Shown here: positions 25,240 to 37,624 of the stretch, piece after piece
Numbering within the stretch: position 1 is the stretch's first letter
Layout: every line of letters begins with the position of its first letter
Assembly: GCA_000320545.1 (NCBI GenBank)
Contig: ADNK01000273.1
Coordinates: 1 to 41,643, forward strand
Origin: Bigelowiella natans CCMP2755
Taxonomy: Eukaryota > Protista > Cercozoa
Length of the DNA stretch: 41,643 nucleotides
Direction of reading: 5' to 3'
Translations under genes and position numbers: made by a program
Notes under the pieces: generated by a model
The model's input: the letters and a program-made list of their open reading frames with translations, nothing else
Told to the model about the DNA's origin: nothing
The model's database searches: none

Positions 25240-26492
25240 TGCACTGCTGCTGGACGACACTTTGTGTCGATCTGACAGCACTGTTTGCGCATGATGTTCA
25301 TGGACAACGCAATGGGTTCGTGTTTTCACGCGTGATGTGTGCACAGTGCGCATTGCCATGCTAGCATGTCCATCATCAAGCTAGCAAGTTTCTGCAGCAG
25401 GTGTCACACGGTGCGCTGTGAGATGTTCAATCTGAACTCTGAACCCAATGAGTTAAACAATACATTGATGAATGCGTTGGCGGACCCTTCTGCGCTAGCC
25501 TTCACGTTCGCTAGTTCGTTCATTTTGATGGGCCATGCTGGCACATGTTGGCATGCATGTGGACAGCGCGCACGCAGGCCATGCATGTGCATGCCAGCGT
25601 GGATCAAGTGCATGAGACGCACAAAATGTGTGAACGTTCACGCTGCACGAGCGATCCGGTTCAACGGTGCACCACTTGCATGCTGTGCGCTAGCTTGAGA
25701 AACTGCTTGCTCGCGGCGCCGAGTCTGCAGGGCTAGAGGGCTGCAGGGACGTCTAGACGTGCCAGCGTGCGCACGCCAGCACGTGAGCTAGTGAGCTCGC
25801 TGCGACGCCTCCAGCTAGCTCCAGAGCTAGCAGCAGAAACCACCGCTAGACCGCCGGGAGCGCCAATGCCAAATGGTCATCTCTGGCGCTGTGAGGGCCA
25901 TGTGGCCAGCTAGGGTGGGGTGCACGCGGCAAGTCGAAGCTGACGTTGAACCTCATTGGACAACAAACCCCGCAAAATCGAGGTCCAGGATCGTCCAGTC
26001 ATCGTGACGCAAGCACCCATGCCAGCACACACCAACACACCGCGGGAACGAACAGTCTGGCAGTCGCGTTTGCCAGTTCATTGCTGCTGCAGTCGCAGCT
26101 GTCACCACGCGGCAAAAGTCATCGCTGGGGCTTTCTGTTCGGCAGCCCTGCTAGCCTGTCTAGCTGTGCATTGTGCAATTTCCATGTTCATTTGCGTTTT
26201 CGCACCAGTGCAGTGGCCACGTTTTTTGGCTGGTTCATGGTCACCAGACCTCTGGATGCACGCGCCTCACTGTGCCTGTCCAGCTGTGTGATTGTTGTTT
26301 CACGTGATGACCGTGCATGCTGGCATGGTGGGTGTGAGCTTTTTGGACGTTTTCACCACGACCTGTTCAAGTGATGTCACCAACTGTGACATCCCATGCC
26401 AGCATGCTGGCACGCCATTGTGCATTTGATCGATTTTCGTGGCACCAGTGTCACCCAACAATGAACAATGAACAATGAACAATGATGAAGAA
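25240..26492. other. TpA-purged island (TA survives almost only in CTAG); possible decayed gene or element
   Basis: By-eye count gives about 16 TA in ~1250 bp, 14 of them in CTAG. I saw no non-CTAG TA between ~25463 and ~26492. Spurious ORFs across it lack Tyr. Confidence 0.88.
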
Positions 26493-27271
26493 CTACATTT
26501 CCAAAATGTAACAAGACATTTGCAGTGTTGCCAACAATGCGGCGTGGTGCACTTGGTTCTGGGAAAGAAATGGAGAAGTTGTGGAGATGAAACGCCGAAT
26601 GTTTTTTGGACTCTTGGATTCACGATGACGCACATCCCACATGCCCAGCAACTTCAATTTCCAGTGATTTCTCAAATTTCCCGTCATTTCGCCGACAACA
26701 TTCGCGTTTTTAGGTGATTTTCCTTGAATTAATTCGTTGTGTTGTCATGAGCGGAAACATTCAGACTTACTACAGGCCTGTATTACGGCGAAATCTGCGG
26801 CGAAATCGGGGAAAGCCGGCATACCCTATCCTTCTTCAAGAGGCTTACCAGCTTACCAGCCTCAAGTTACTCATGGAACTTAGTGAGCGATTTATGGAGA
26901 ACTTAGCCTAAAAAGGCTGTCGTTCTGTCTAAGACAAATCTTGTGTGCGACCATTTGCGGAAATCAGGATGCAATGTACATCTGAACGTTTCTAAGGCAA
27001 TTATTACGGTGATGACCGGTGAGAAAGGGTATCCCCTAAAAAGCCCTCTGCTGGTACGGCAGCAGCATGTACCGAACACCAACCTGACACACCCATTTTC
27101 CGAACCAGTCGTACGTCCAAATTACGGCGAAGAGCTCCAAATCGTCGTCGAACAGTTTATTTTTGATTGCCGTAGATTTAATCATCCTCCATTTTACCAA
27201 TTCATGCTATCCTGAATGTCCAAGCTGAGCTGAATTTACGAGACAACCAAAACTCGTATAATCAGTGCACG

Positions 27272-27736
27272 ATGCGGCGAGCCATGTCCTTTGTTACTCG
27301 ATCACCGATTCTCCGCCCAATAGCCTTGGCTGGTGGGGTAACTGCCCTTGGTGGTTTATGGTTCTGTGCCGCAGCATCTGGAGTGAATGTAAAGAAGCAA
27401 ACAAAACGCAAAGTACTGCTAAAAAATCTCGTAGGTAGTCAGGAAGTTGAAACATTAGCCCGAGAGCTACGAGTGAATGATGCAATCAATGTCCAGCTGC
27501 AGCCTCCTCTTTCTAACCGCCTTCGTGATGCCGTAACAAGTGTCGATCGAATGCACTTCCAGACACTTAAATCGAGCGACGTCTCTCTCGTGTTCAAAGG
27601 GAGAAAGTCCAATGCGGAGACAGCTAAGCTCCAAGCAATAGATCGAAGAGATGGAAGTGCCTTCACTATTGATGTATGCTTGGCAAATGGAACAAGGAAT
27701 ATCCACCGAGGGGACGCCTTTGTATCTGTCTCCTAA
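27272..27736 (+). CDS. Small single-pass membrane protein with mitochondrial-type presequence; weak resemblance to Coa1/Tim21 family
   Basis: Arg-rich, acid-free N-terminus (MRRAMSFVTRSPILRP), then a hydrophobic segment (IALAGGVTALGGLWFCAAA), then LRVNDAINVQLQPPL...SDVSLVFKGRK. The family call is tentative and 3' exons are possible. Confidence 0.5.
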   Translation: MRRAMSFVTRSPILRPIALAGGVTALGGLWFCAAASGVNVKKQTKRKVLLKNLVGSQEVETLARELRVNDAINVQLQPPLSNRLRDAVTSVDRMHFQTLKSSDVSLVFKGRKSNAETAKLQAIDRRDGSAFTIDVCLANGTRNIHRGDAFVSVS

Positions 27737-27823
27737 TGACAGGATTGATGAGATTCCAATGATAAACTCTTTGAATAGAAAACACATTTTTAAGGATAAC
27801 GATAATGAGATTTAGCAATGAGC

Positions 27824-27862
<39 letters not shown>

Positions 27863-29351
27863 CATGACAGACACTAGTTATCTTCGGTTTTCTTTTAAGT
27901 AATGGTAAATCGCAACTCAAAACAGTATGGCTTACGCCTTTCAGGAGCAAACTCCTCGAGTATATGTAGAGAAATTCTGCCCGTAGCACCAAAAAGCAAC
28001 TCAACTGACGATTCAACCCCGCCATCGGTTGCATTGACTTATGTTGGACAAGAAATATATTCAATTATGCACAAGATCGTTCATCGAACACTTAAACGCA
28101 GACATTCTGACATGTAATCTATTGCAGAGGCTCATGAATAGCACATGCAAGTTTGCGGGTCGCGAGGCTATAAATTGTCACTTTTGTCAGCAATTACTTG
28201 CATGTACAGTAGTTAATATTTCGCTAATTTAAGCAGTAAAATCTCGCTCGCACAGATGTCTGCTAGCGAGATGTCAAAGATGCATGGCCATGCATGCACA
28301 ACGGTAACCGGTTATGCAAGCATGCCAGTATGTCTATAGATCGATGTTCCATGTGCACAGTCTAGACATTGCAGACGACGACAAGGCCGGATGAATTAGA
28401 ACCCAAAATATGGGGCATTGTTGTGCACGGCAAGTGTGTTGTTACGCGTTGCTAGCTAGCTAGGTTGCCTCATAATGAGTGTTGTGCATGAAGCATGCGC
28501 TAGCAATGGCGACGCCAAATTCACATGCATGGTCCAAGCTAATACTAGTAATGGACTAGCACATGTGCACAGCTGCAGCATGCATCGATCAAGCAAGCCA
28601 TCCAACGCAGCATGCGTACGTACATGTACGTGTTGTAGCTAGAGCTACATTAGGATGACCATTGAAAAGATTTTGTCAATTCATTACACCCGTCTCATGT
28701 ACGCGTTGTATCAACAATGATTAATTCGCGTGCAAGCGCCACTACCAATAAGTACATGCATCGAATCTAGCCGTGCATGGATTCCGTGGCTACGGCTATG
28801 TTTGATGTTGGCGTTGTACACTTCACAAATTAGCACGACCAAATCACATGCAATTAGCACGATGTATATTGATCGATATATGATAACGAAATTAACGGAC
28901 TAATACGAATTGGCTAATGTATGCATTTACCCTAAAAGAACAAAGCCTTAATTATGCATGATTGCAAGAAATATAATTTTGTTATTATGGCGGTTTGAAT
29001 GCCATGTGAGATTTCTCACTTTTTCATTTTGGTATCTCAATTCCTTCGCGATGATAGATGGCATCGATAGTTGAGTCTAATAGCATGAAAATTGAGCCAA
29101 GATCTCTGAGGAATACGCCCCTTAACCGCTGTTCAGGAAATATAGTTAATTCGACCACAGGTCAGCGTGCAGAAAAGTGAATAGCTCTATCTCTCTAAGG
29201 TATACAAAACTGTTCATCCTTCCCTCTAATTTGGAACATAGACATTACGGTTGCAAACAATGTAGCTCAAGCTGATTCAAACTAAATGTATACTCAATCA
29301 CACATAATACGAAAATAACACGTGCCGTCTTCATAGTCCTAATAGAGGCGG

Positions 29352-30760
29352 TTACGATATCACCTGCCTGTCTGAATCCTCTAAGAAAGAAGCCACTTTG
29401 GAATGCCCTGCTTTGAGGGCAACATCCAGGGCTCTCATTCCTTTACCATCACATAAGCGCAAATCCGCCGAGCCTTCTTCAACGAGAACTCGCGCGAACT
29501 CGAGCTGATCGGGAAGGCCAGCTGACAGAATCAATGCCGTCTTTCCCAGCTTCGTTTGTGTATTTGCATTGATTCTTGCAGTAACAACTAGGTGCTTTAG
29601 AATATGGATTTGGTGATGAACAACCGCCTCCATCGCTGCGCTCGCTCCATTTTGATCTGTCATATTGACGTCTACCTTGGAATATTTAACTAGGCCCTGG
29701 ACTACATCCAAGCTCTGCCTCGAAGCATGCATCAGGGCAGATTTTCCGTGATGATCTTGAAGATTTACGTCTGCCCGACCATGGATGATAAGGGCTTCAA
29801 CCGCGCCCAAGCTTCCCTCCCTTGATGCTTCCAATAAAGCACTCCTTCCAGAGCGGTTACAGGCATCTACTTCAGCATTGGAGGCCAAAAGATATTTAAC
29901 CACCTCATGTTGGTTGTGAGTCGCCGCATAAATAAGAGCTGTGTTCCCCTCGAAGATGGTGGAGAGATTCACGTTTGTTCTTAATTCGTCCACAAAATAC
30001 TTCACAAGTTCCAGATGTCCTTCGCGCGATGCCAGCATCAACTGTACAATGCCAAGACTCAGAATATATCAAAGCTGATTGTCTAGTTGGAGATGAAAAT
30101 GGTTTCATAGTTGACAAAGAAGCATCGTCTTTCGTCGTGCTTTATTACTGGGTTTGGCTCATGTGGGTCATAGTCAAGAATCCGGGCCTTTCCATCAACA
30201 AGACACCTTGGAGCAGAATACACGAAGGACATTAATATGGACATTCATCAGATGAAACGGGTTATCAATTTGCCCTTCCTCCATAATTTTTCCGTGAAAA
30301 AGTTGTTTCTGTGTTTTGTTCGTCGATTTATACCGTGCAACTTCTACATTCCCGCGCATCGCAGCCCAACTTAAAGCGTCGACTCCATTATTATCGAAGA
30401 AGTTCACGTTGGCATGCTTTTCGAATATAAGATATGAAGCCAATTTCACGTGATCATGGCGTACGGCTTGCATCAGCATCGTGTGGCCATACTCATCCTG
30501 CGGTACGAATAATTGTGAGACGCCAACACACATCAACCATCAACTCCTCTCGAGAGTATGCGCAGTAACACCTTGCAATCCACATGGAACCCGGCTTCCA
30601 AACGTCTCTTGACTACTTTTTTCATTTGTCGCAGCTTCTTTCCTAATTTTTTCATCGAATTCTTCTTGCGACTCCGCTCTGCCGCTTCCAATTTCCGCCT
30701 TTCCCTGTTCGCCCTTAACTCAGCCACGGAAAGCGTGCGCTTTCGTGAGATGGGACTCAT
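29352..30760 (-). CDS. Ankyrin-repeat protein, multi-exon
   Basis: Repeated ANK consensus: GHTMLMQAV, GVDALSWAA, GNTALIYAA, GRSALLEAS, GKSALMHAS, GASAAMEAV, GKTALILSA, GMRALDVAL. A basic N-terminal exon starts MSPISRKR at 30760. Confidence 0.9.
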
Positions 30761-31313
30761 GGGAGCTCGAATTGTGCTAGTCCTCCTTGAAATGTATTGC
30801 GATATCTTTAGGGGTGAAAGTGTGCACAACAGGCGCTGTGTCGAAAACTCACCAGCTGTCAACCCATGTCGTTGTCCGCTGTTCTGTCGTGCACTCGGAG
30901 GCTCCTTGCGCATGGCAGTTGCCCATCGCCCAACAGAGATCCTGTAACAACTCCTAAATACAAAGAACGAAGAATGTCCCTATGTTACACGAACAAGCAG
31001 GCCCAAGTCAATATCCGGAAACAGCTACGAGCAGCGCTCTCATGTGTCGTCGGGCTCCACACTTTGTTTGTGTTCGCCGCTTCTTCCTTTGAGCACGCGA
31101 ATGCCGATGGATTTCGACGGGAATTGTCCATTATTTGATGTCGCAGCTATGATTTCCGCTACAGTTTTTAGCTAGATGGGCCGGTATTCTCTCAGCCAGT
31201 CACAGTACTTTGTGCAATGAAACATCATTTTGTCATGGGTTTTCCATTTGATTCAGTCCCGAACGAATGTCGCGCTCGAAAATCGCAAACTATTCCTAGG
31301 AGCACAAGTTGGG

Positions 31314-34014
31314 ATGACCTTGACTCGTTATTCTTCGTCGGAAATCTTACCGTTTTGCGACAGCGACAAAGGATATTGCCAGAATAACTTAGCTAATAAC
31401 AGTACGACAACTCGGTCTGGCTTCCCAGCAACGACCCCGACCACGTGAGCCAGAAGAGGAGCTCGGGGACATACGGATTCAACTACTCGTCTATCGTTCT
31501 TACTATGATGCTTCGAGTGAAGGTCAATATTCTCTTTCCTTCTTTAAGTTGGCAAGAGGCAGTGTGTAACTTCTTCTCCCTCAAATGTGACTCTGTTATT
31601 CACCATATGCGTGGATCATCATCAGACGCTCAATTTCGTATCGCTGCTTCTCATCGCTGCAAAAGTCAAGGTAGCTGTAAAAGGGGAAGTGGATGGGAAT
31701 ACTTCTAGCAAACTATTGGATGGAATAGCATGTGTACACAGAGGCATTTCGGCTTCTTCGCCAGGAAGAACTGCCAATCGAATCATTCGCTGCTTCATAA
31801 TTTAGTATATATACATGTTGATCATAACGGCAGTACTTCCCGCTTTTCCTAGACGATGCAGGCCTTTCAGCTTCTCAGGTGTGCGCTGATACTATAGTGG
31901 CTAATAGTCATCCTCTTCATCAAGTTACTCCGAAAGAAAAAAAGCATTGGAGGGGCCGAGGGTGGATAGAGACAATTGTTTCATCATTTTTCTTTGCTGT
32001 TTTAGATTGGCTTCCTTCTTGGTGTTGGGGGAGTCGCTCAACTCATAGCAACGCCTATATGGGGTATTTTCTGACGTCCTGCTACTGAGAATTGTGTGCC
32101 GGATATAACACAACAAAGCACAACGATAACGGGATTATTTTGGTAGGAGCTCTGGCAGATTGGACGAAACGCCCTTCAGTAATTCTGGTCATAAAGTCAA
32201 CATAGAACATAGAGAAGTGAAGCAGAAAGAGGATAGTAGTATTAGCAGTAAGGATTATGCGGGATTCTGTTTTTGGTTCATATACCAGATGACCTGTTTG
32301 ACCATGTGCTGTTTGTCTGTCTGACACAATATGGTGTGCAAGGCTTGTCATCTCATCATAGACAATAATTACAGGGCGTTTCACTCACAATGTGGGCTGT
32401 AGTTCTGCAGTCCTTCCAGCTGCAGGTATTCTCCCTTGGCAATTTCACCCCCCCCCACCATGGAAGAAGTCGACTTTGAAAATACAAATGCAAAGGAAGT
32501 AGAGGGTCTCGAATACTTCTCCGTTGTTATGAACACCTCGTTCTTCTTTATCGTGAGTTCTTCCCTACCATCTGCTGAAGAGAGCAGTAATGGGAGATGA
32601 CCTACCTGACACCTATTTACTTCCATTTTCCCGTGCTTCTCCTCCCCCGTAATACCTACAATAATACAGTGGTTGTTGAGGTATCCTCTACTGTGTATAT
32701 GTGCTTACGCTGCAACTTGTGCTTTTGAAGGGGCAGTCTCCCTGGTAAGTAGTGGTGTCTTCCTCGTCGGATTTTCATCCAATCAGCGAATGAAATCTCC
32801 TTGCCAATCAAGCTTCTGTCCGTCTGTCTTATCAAATCCAGATCGACGTGGTGACTTTATCCGCACTGAAGAAAAGCGGGGGGGGCGAGTCATATGGTAC
32901 TGCTGCAAGACCTTGATGCTCGAGAGATTGGAGAGGCCACATTGTATTGTTACCCCAAATATAAGATGGAATTATGATACTTTTAAAATTCATAATTCAT
33001 TCTGTTATCCTCTTACTGTTTTTGCTTGTTTGTTTTCTAAAGGAAACCAACGCTGGCTGGCCTCTCTAGGGTAATAATCGATGCGTAGGAGCGCGCTTGT
33101 GTGTATTGTGTTTACATATACACAGCAGTAGCTCGTGTATTCAAGCATTGTCATATAATTTTATTATCTAAACATCGTGTCACTGTCCTCTCCTCCTCCT
33201 CCTCCTCCTTCTTCTTCTTCTTCTTCTTCTTCTTCTTCTTCTTCTTCTCCGCTGGGTTCAGCTTTGGGTCTGGTTGTTTAGCATCAGGCTATGTTGTGGA
33301 GATCTTTGGGTGCTAACTTACTCTATGTGCTTTACTGTTAGATATGATGGCATACTTTTGTAGCGATTTAGAAAACACACAACAAGTAGAAGCTATTTGC
33401 CGTCGCTCTTTAGCACAGAAAAACCTCGACGCTCTATCCACCCTCCGCCCAAAGAGGACGCATAAACTGATGGCCATTCATTCATCTCGACGGCAATTTT
33501 CCCGCTCTCTTATAGCAACAATCAGCAAGCACTTTAGGCGCTGATACGTCGATTGATTATCCTCTTACTAGGTACATGGCCTTGTTCGTATGGTCGATCG
33601 GGTTTGCTTTGTTGACCATCATCGCAGCGCTCTCTTTAGGTGCGGTGCGGTGTGGCCGAATTGTCAGCTTTCTGGAATGCAATCGTAGCCTAATTATCTT
33701 CATCCTCCTCCTCATCATCAGCATCATCATCACCACCATCATCATCATCATCATCATAGACATGCAAACAACACATACAACACATCAGATCACGGCTCGC
33801 AAAATCATCATCATCCTGGTGTGGATGGGAGGAAAGGAAGCAAAACGAGCTTCAAGAATCATAGGAATGAGGACGCCGAGAATGAGAACGATAGCCCAGA
33901 TCAACTGCAACCTTTTCGGGAGCTTGAAGATGTAACCGCAGCTGCTACTTCAAATGATGTTGGGACGGCATCAATGTCAACGACCGACTCTTCCGGTACC
34001 TCTGCAGCAATAGC

Positions 34015-34064
<50 letters not shown>

Positions 34065-35532
34065 CATACATACATATATTTGTATACATATCTATTGTGT
34101 ATTTAATTTAGCGAGGAGTTCTTTTAAGCGTTTGTTAACTAAGATACGAAAGAAGAAGATAGCAAGAGATGTGCTGTTGTCGGATTTGAGAACCATCTCC
34201 CATACTGTCTCTTTCGTATCCTGGAATTCTCAAAGATTTGATATTTTGATTCTGATGTTGTTGGGCAAATGGTGCTGCTGCTAGTAGGTAGTACATGCTT
34301 GGACGACCACAAACACGGTGGTCATCATAAAGCAGCCATTTCTGTTTTTAAAAAAAAAATTCTAAAAAGTAGGTTTAAGACGCATAAGCGGAGAGGTAAA
34401 GGAGGAAGATAAGAATAGGTAACAACACGGTATACATATCAGCATCAATGAACGTCGTGCACAGAGAAGAAGACAGACAAATAGATATAGAGACGGACGC
34501 AGTAGGCGGAAGGAGCCGTAATATTTCGTCGTGATTTTGCCCATACCCATCGTTATCAAAGGGGCGGGTTGTTGAAAGGCCTTCACCTGGCGAGGGGCAA
34601 CGTTGCTTTTCGGAACTTCTTGGTAGAGTGATGATGATGATGATAATGATTAGAATGGACGCGTCCTCCTCGCCTATGTTCCATACTGTTGCGATGCAGT
34701 CACACATGGTGGTCTCTTTTGCCTTGTCTTTTGGTGTTAAAAGGGAAGTGCTGTTATGTTCGGTAGCCTCGTGTGCTTGGTGGAGCAAATCATGATCCTG
34801 CACATACAACAAGCATATCAAGTCTCAAAGGTGCGAGCTGCTAGGACATTCGTTTTTGTACTACTACTATTGTGACGATCTGTGCAGAGTAATCAACTAC
34901 AAAATCGGTGATCGTCTCCTCCTCCTCCTTCCCTTGCAGACATTCGTTGGCTTCCTGACCCTCTTTGGAACGGTCTCTGAGATACCAGTCTTCTGCTATA
35001 GTGATCTTCTTCTCAAAAGGTGCATGGTAGATGATGATGATGAGAAGGAGGAGGAGGAGGAGGAGGAGGAGGAGGAGGAGGAGTGAGTTAAGAATGAAGA
35101 GGAGGAGGAGAGGGAAAGGAAATGATAAATAAAATGCAGCGATAACTAAATATACTCGAGATAATCATGATGTACAGAATCGTGAGAGAGTTTCGGGTAG
35201 CAACAATCTAGCGAAGTTAGCTGATGAGCCGTTATTGCTTGGTTTTGCTTCTTTCTGGCTGCTATTTCAGTGTCGGCGTTGAAACTGCCATGCTAATTTC
35301 TCACCTCTCTATTGGTAACTATCAGACAAAATAGCAATAGTAGTAGTAGTAGTAGTAGTAGTAGTAGCGGCAGTTGTAGTAGCAGCTGTTGTAGTAATTG
35401 TTGTTGTAGTTGTGTGTACATCATCTATCTTGCACATATTAATTCCGTGTGAATAATCCCTTCTATTTCAAATTTGAAGCCTTGAGGCTGCTGATGCTGG
35501 CAGGAATCTCTCTTTATTTCAAAGGTGTGTGC

Positions 35533-35587
<55 letters not shown>

Positions 35588-36217
35588 TAAGTTGCGTGCA
35601 TGTAGCATCATCATCGGTTAGAGGAGGAAATCGATGAGTAGTTTTATTGGAATAACGATGCGACGATATCACACTCACACTCACTCACGCTCACGCACAC
35701 ACAAACACACACCGCGTGTTTGATGTACCAGGCACCGAAACGATGGAAACAAGAAGGTGATATCAAAACTCTGAGAAGTAGTAGAGAGAGACTAGACAGG
35801 AAGGTTTTGAACGCGCACGCACTGGGCGATAGAGATTACTTAGATGCTGGTATTATATGAGGTAGCAATATAAATGATGACGTGCACGATCTAACATATA
35901 CTTCTGCTTGAGAAGCTCCGAGATGCTGTTTGGCTTTGGAATCCTTCTTACTCAGGTAACGACGTCATAACGTAAATAGTGGTAGTGGTGGTGGTGGTGG
36001 TGATGGGGTTTGTACGGGAGGAAGACGAGGAGGGGGGGGGGGGATGATGATGAGGAGGGAGGGAGAATTCTCCGATGAATATTTTGAGAGGCACCGCTCT
36101 ATCACCCCCCTCCTCCCCCAAAAAAGTCATCAGTATCATGTACCTCATGAAATCAAAGCAAGATTATTTTCAATTTTTAGACAGAGAAGAAAGAGCATCA
36201 TGATGCTGCACTCTTAC

Positions 36218-36255
<38 letters not shown>

Positions 36256-37624
36256 ATTGTCACTCTCGATTATCATCATCAATGTCATCATCATCATCAT
36301 CATCATCATCAGAGTTTGCACGGACTAAGCCTTGTCCCCTATTGGAGCGGTGATGTTGTCGTCGCTACACGCACTCGTATTGTTGTGGTGTAACGCTACT
36401 GCTACTAAACACACTCGTATTGATGCACTTCGCCTTATCACCCCAATATGTCTTCAACAGTCATGATTTATAGCCACCCTGCCACCGTATACTGTTCTCT
36501 AATTACCATTTCACCTGCTGCTGCTGCGGCTTTCCCTGTCTCTTCCCTCTACCACAGCTGGTGTGGAGCGTATATTCAGCATCGCCCCCAATGACCTTAA
36601 GGGTAATGATAATGCCAGCTGCCTCACCCTCTACACACACGCAAAACACACACACACACACATATGATGCTGATGTGAGAGCTGCTTCATCATCAGTAAG
36701 GAGGAGAGGATCCAGAAGAGATAAGGAAGGAGGGGTTGGACAAAGCACCCTACCCTCATCGATGATATCCGTGCTATCAATAACATACGACACTATCTCA
36801 ACTCTGGACCCTCTTTAAGCTTAATCAATTCAATATCTCAGGAGCGTATCTAGGGTTATTCTCCATGTCCTTTTTTCCCCTTGCCTTTTCCATAGGGAGC
36901 GTGGTAAGAAACTATATAATCCGCCAACGATTAACGCAAATCACTTGTAGAAAATGTCTCAGAATAGAGTAAAACAGTGACAGCATGATGTTTCACTAAA
37001 AAACCATAATTTATCTTTGCTCTCTCGTGCTGCTGCTTGGGCCATTGCCGGACAATTTTGATATTTTCAGTCTGTCAAAAGTCTTCTGAAACTAATTCTG
37101 TGATGATGACATATTAGGTGTGGAGCGTCATATACGAGCGATATGGAGGTCATTCTGTTTCTATGTGTGTATGTAACGTGATTGACTCCGCCCCCTGCAA
37201 TGTATATTTATATGTGTGAGTGAGTGTGTGTGTGTGTGTGTGTGTGTGTAAAACAACGGTTTTCCACTTTCTCCTCTAAACGCTTTCGAATTGAATCCAA
37301 ATCCAACATCACAACGAAACATGTGGCTTTGATTGAAGCACATAATGATCTGGGTCGAAGACGTAGGTTTTTGTATGGTAGAATCATCCGCTCTGCATCC
37401 TGTTTTCCTTCCATTCGAATGAATGAGCACATGTTGGAATAACAGCACTGTGTGATTATCATGCTTTCACAGGAGCAACGACCTACGTCGCTGGCACATG
37501 TTTCGCAGCGTTATCTTCTCTTTACGTCCGATCCGTTTTGTCCTTGAATAGCACTACAAAGACGCCATCATCGACAAGCGGCACGATGACAACGATGAAT
37601 GCGGCTGTTAATATCGGTAGCTGA
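31314..37624 (+). CDS. Major facilitator superfamily transporter (MFSD6/MFS_1-like), many small exons; start uncertain
   Basis: Spliced exons at 32006 and 32147 give IGFLLGVGGVAQLIATPIWG-ALADWTKRPSVIL, an MFS motif A-like sequence. Later exons are YMALFVWSIGFALLTIIAALSLG and TFVGFLTLFGTVSEIPVFCYSDLLLK. The last exon GATTYVAGTCFAALSSLYVRS...* ends at 37624. Confidence 0.75.

Noticed and set aside
25339-26374. Several 60-140 aa ORFs on both strands
   Set aside because: Same compositional artefact. No transposase, reverse transcriptase or other motif was recognised.
25240-26492. CpG-methylation decay or RIP as the cause of the TG/CA excess
   Set aside because: CpG remains abundant and TpA is lost, not gained.
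26750-27230. Possible structured ncRNA upstream of the 27272 gene
   Set aside because: No recognisable snRNA, snoRNA or tRNA motif; only a short gcttacca duplication.
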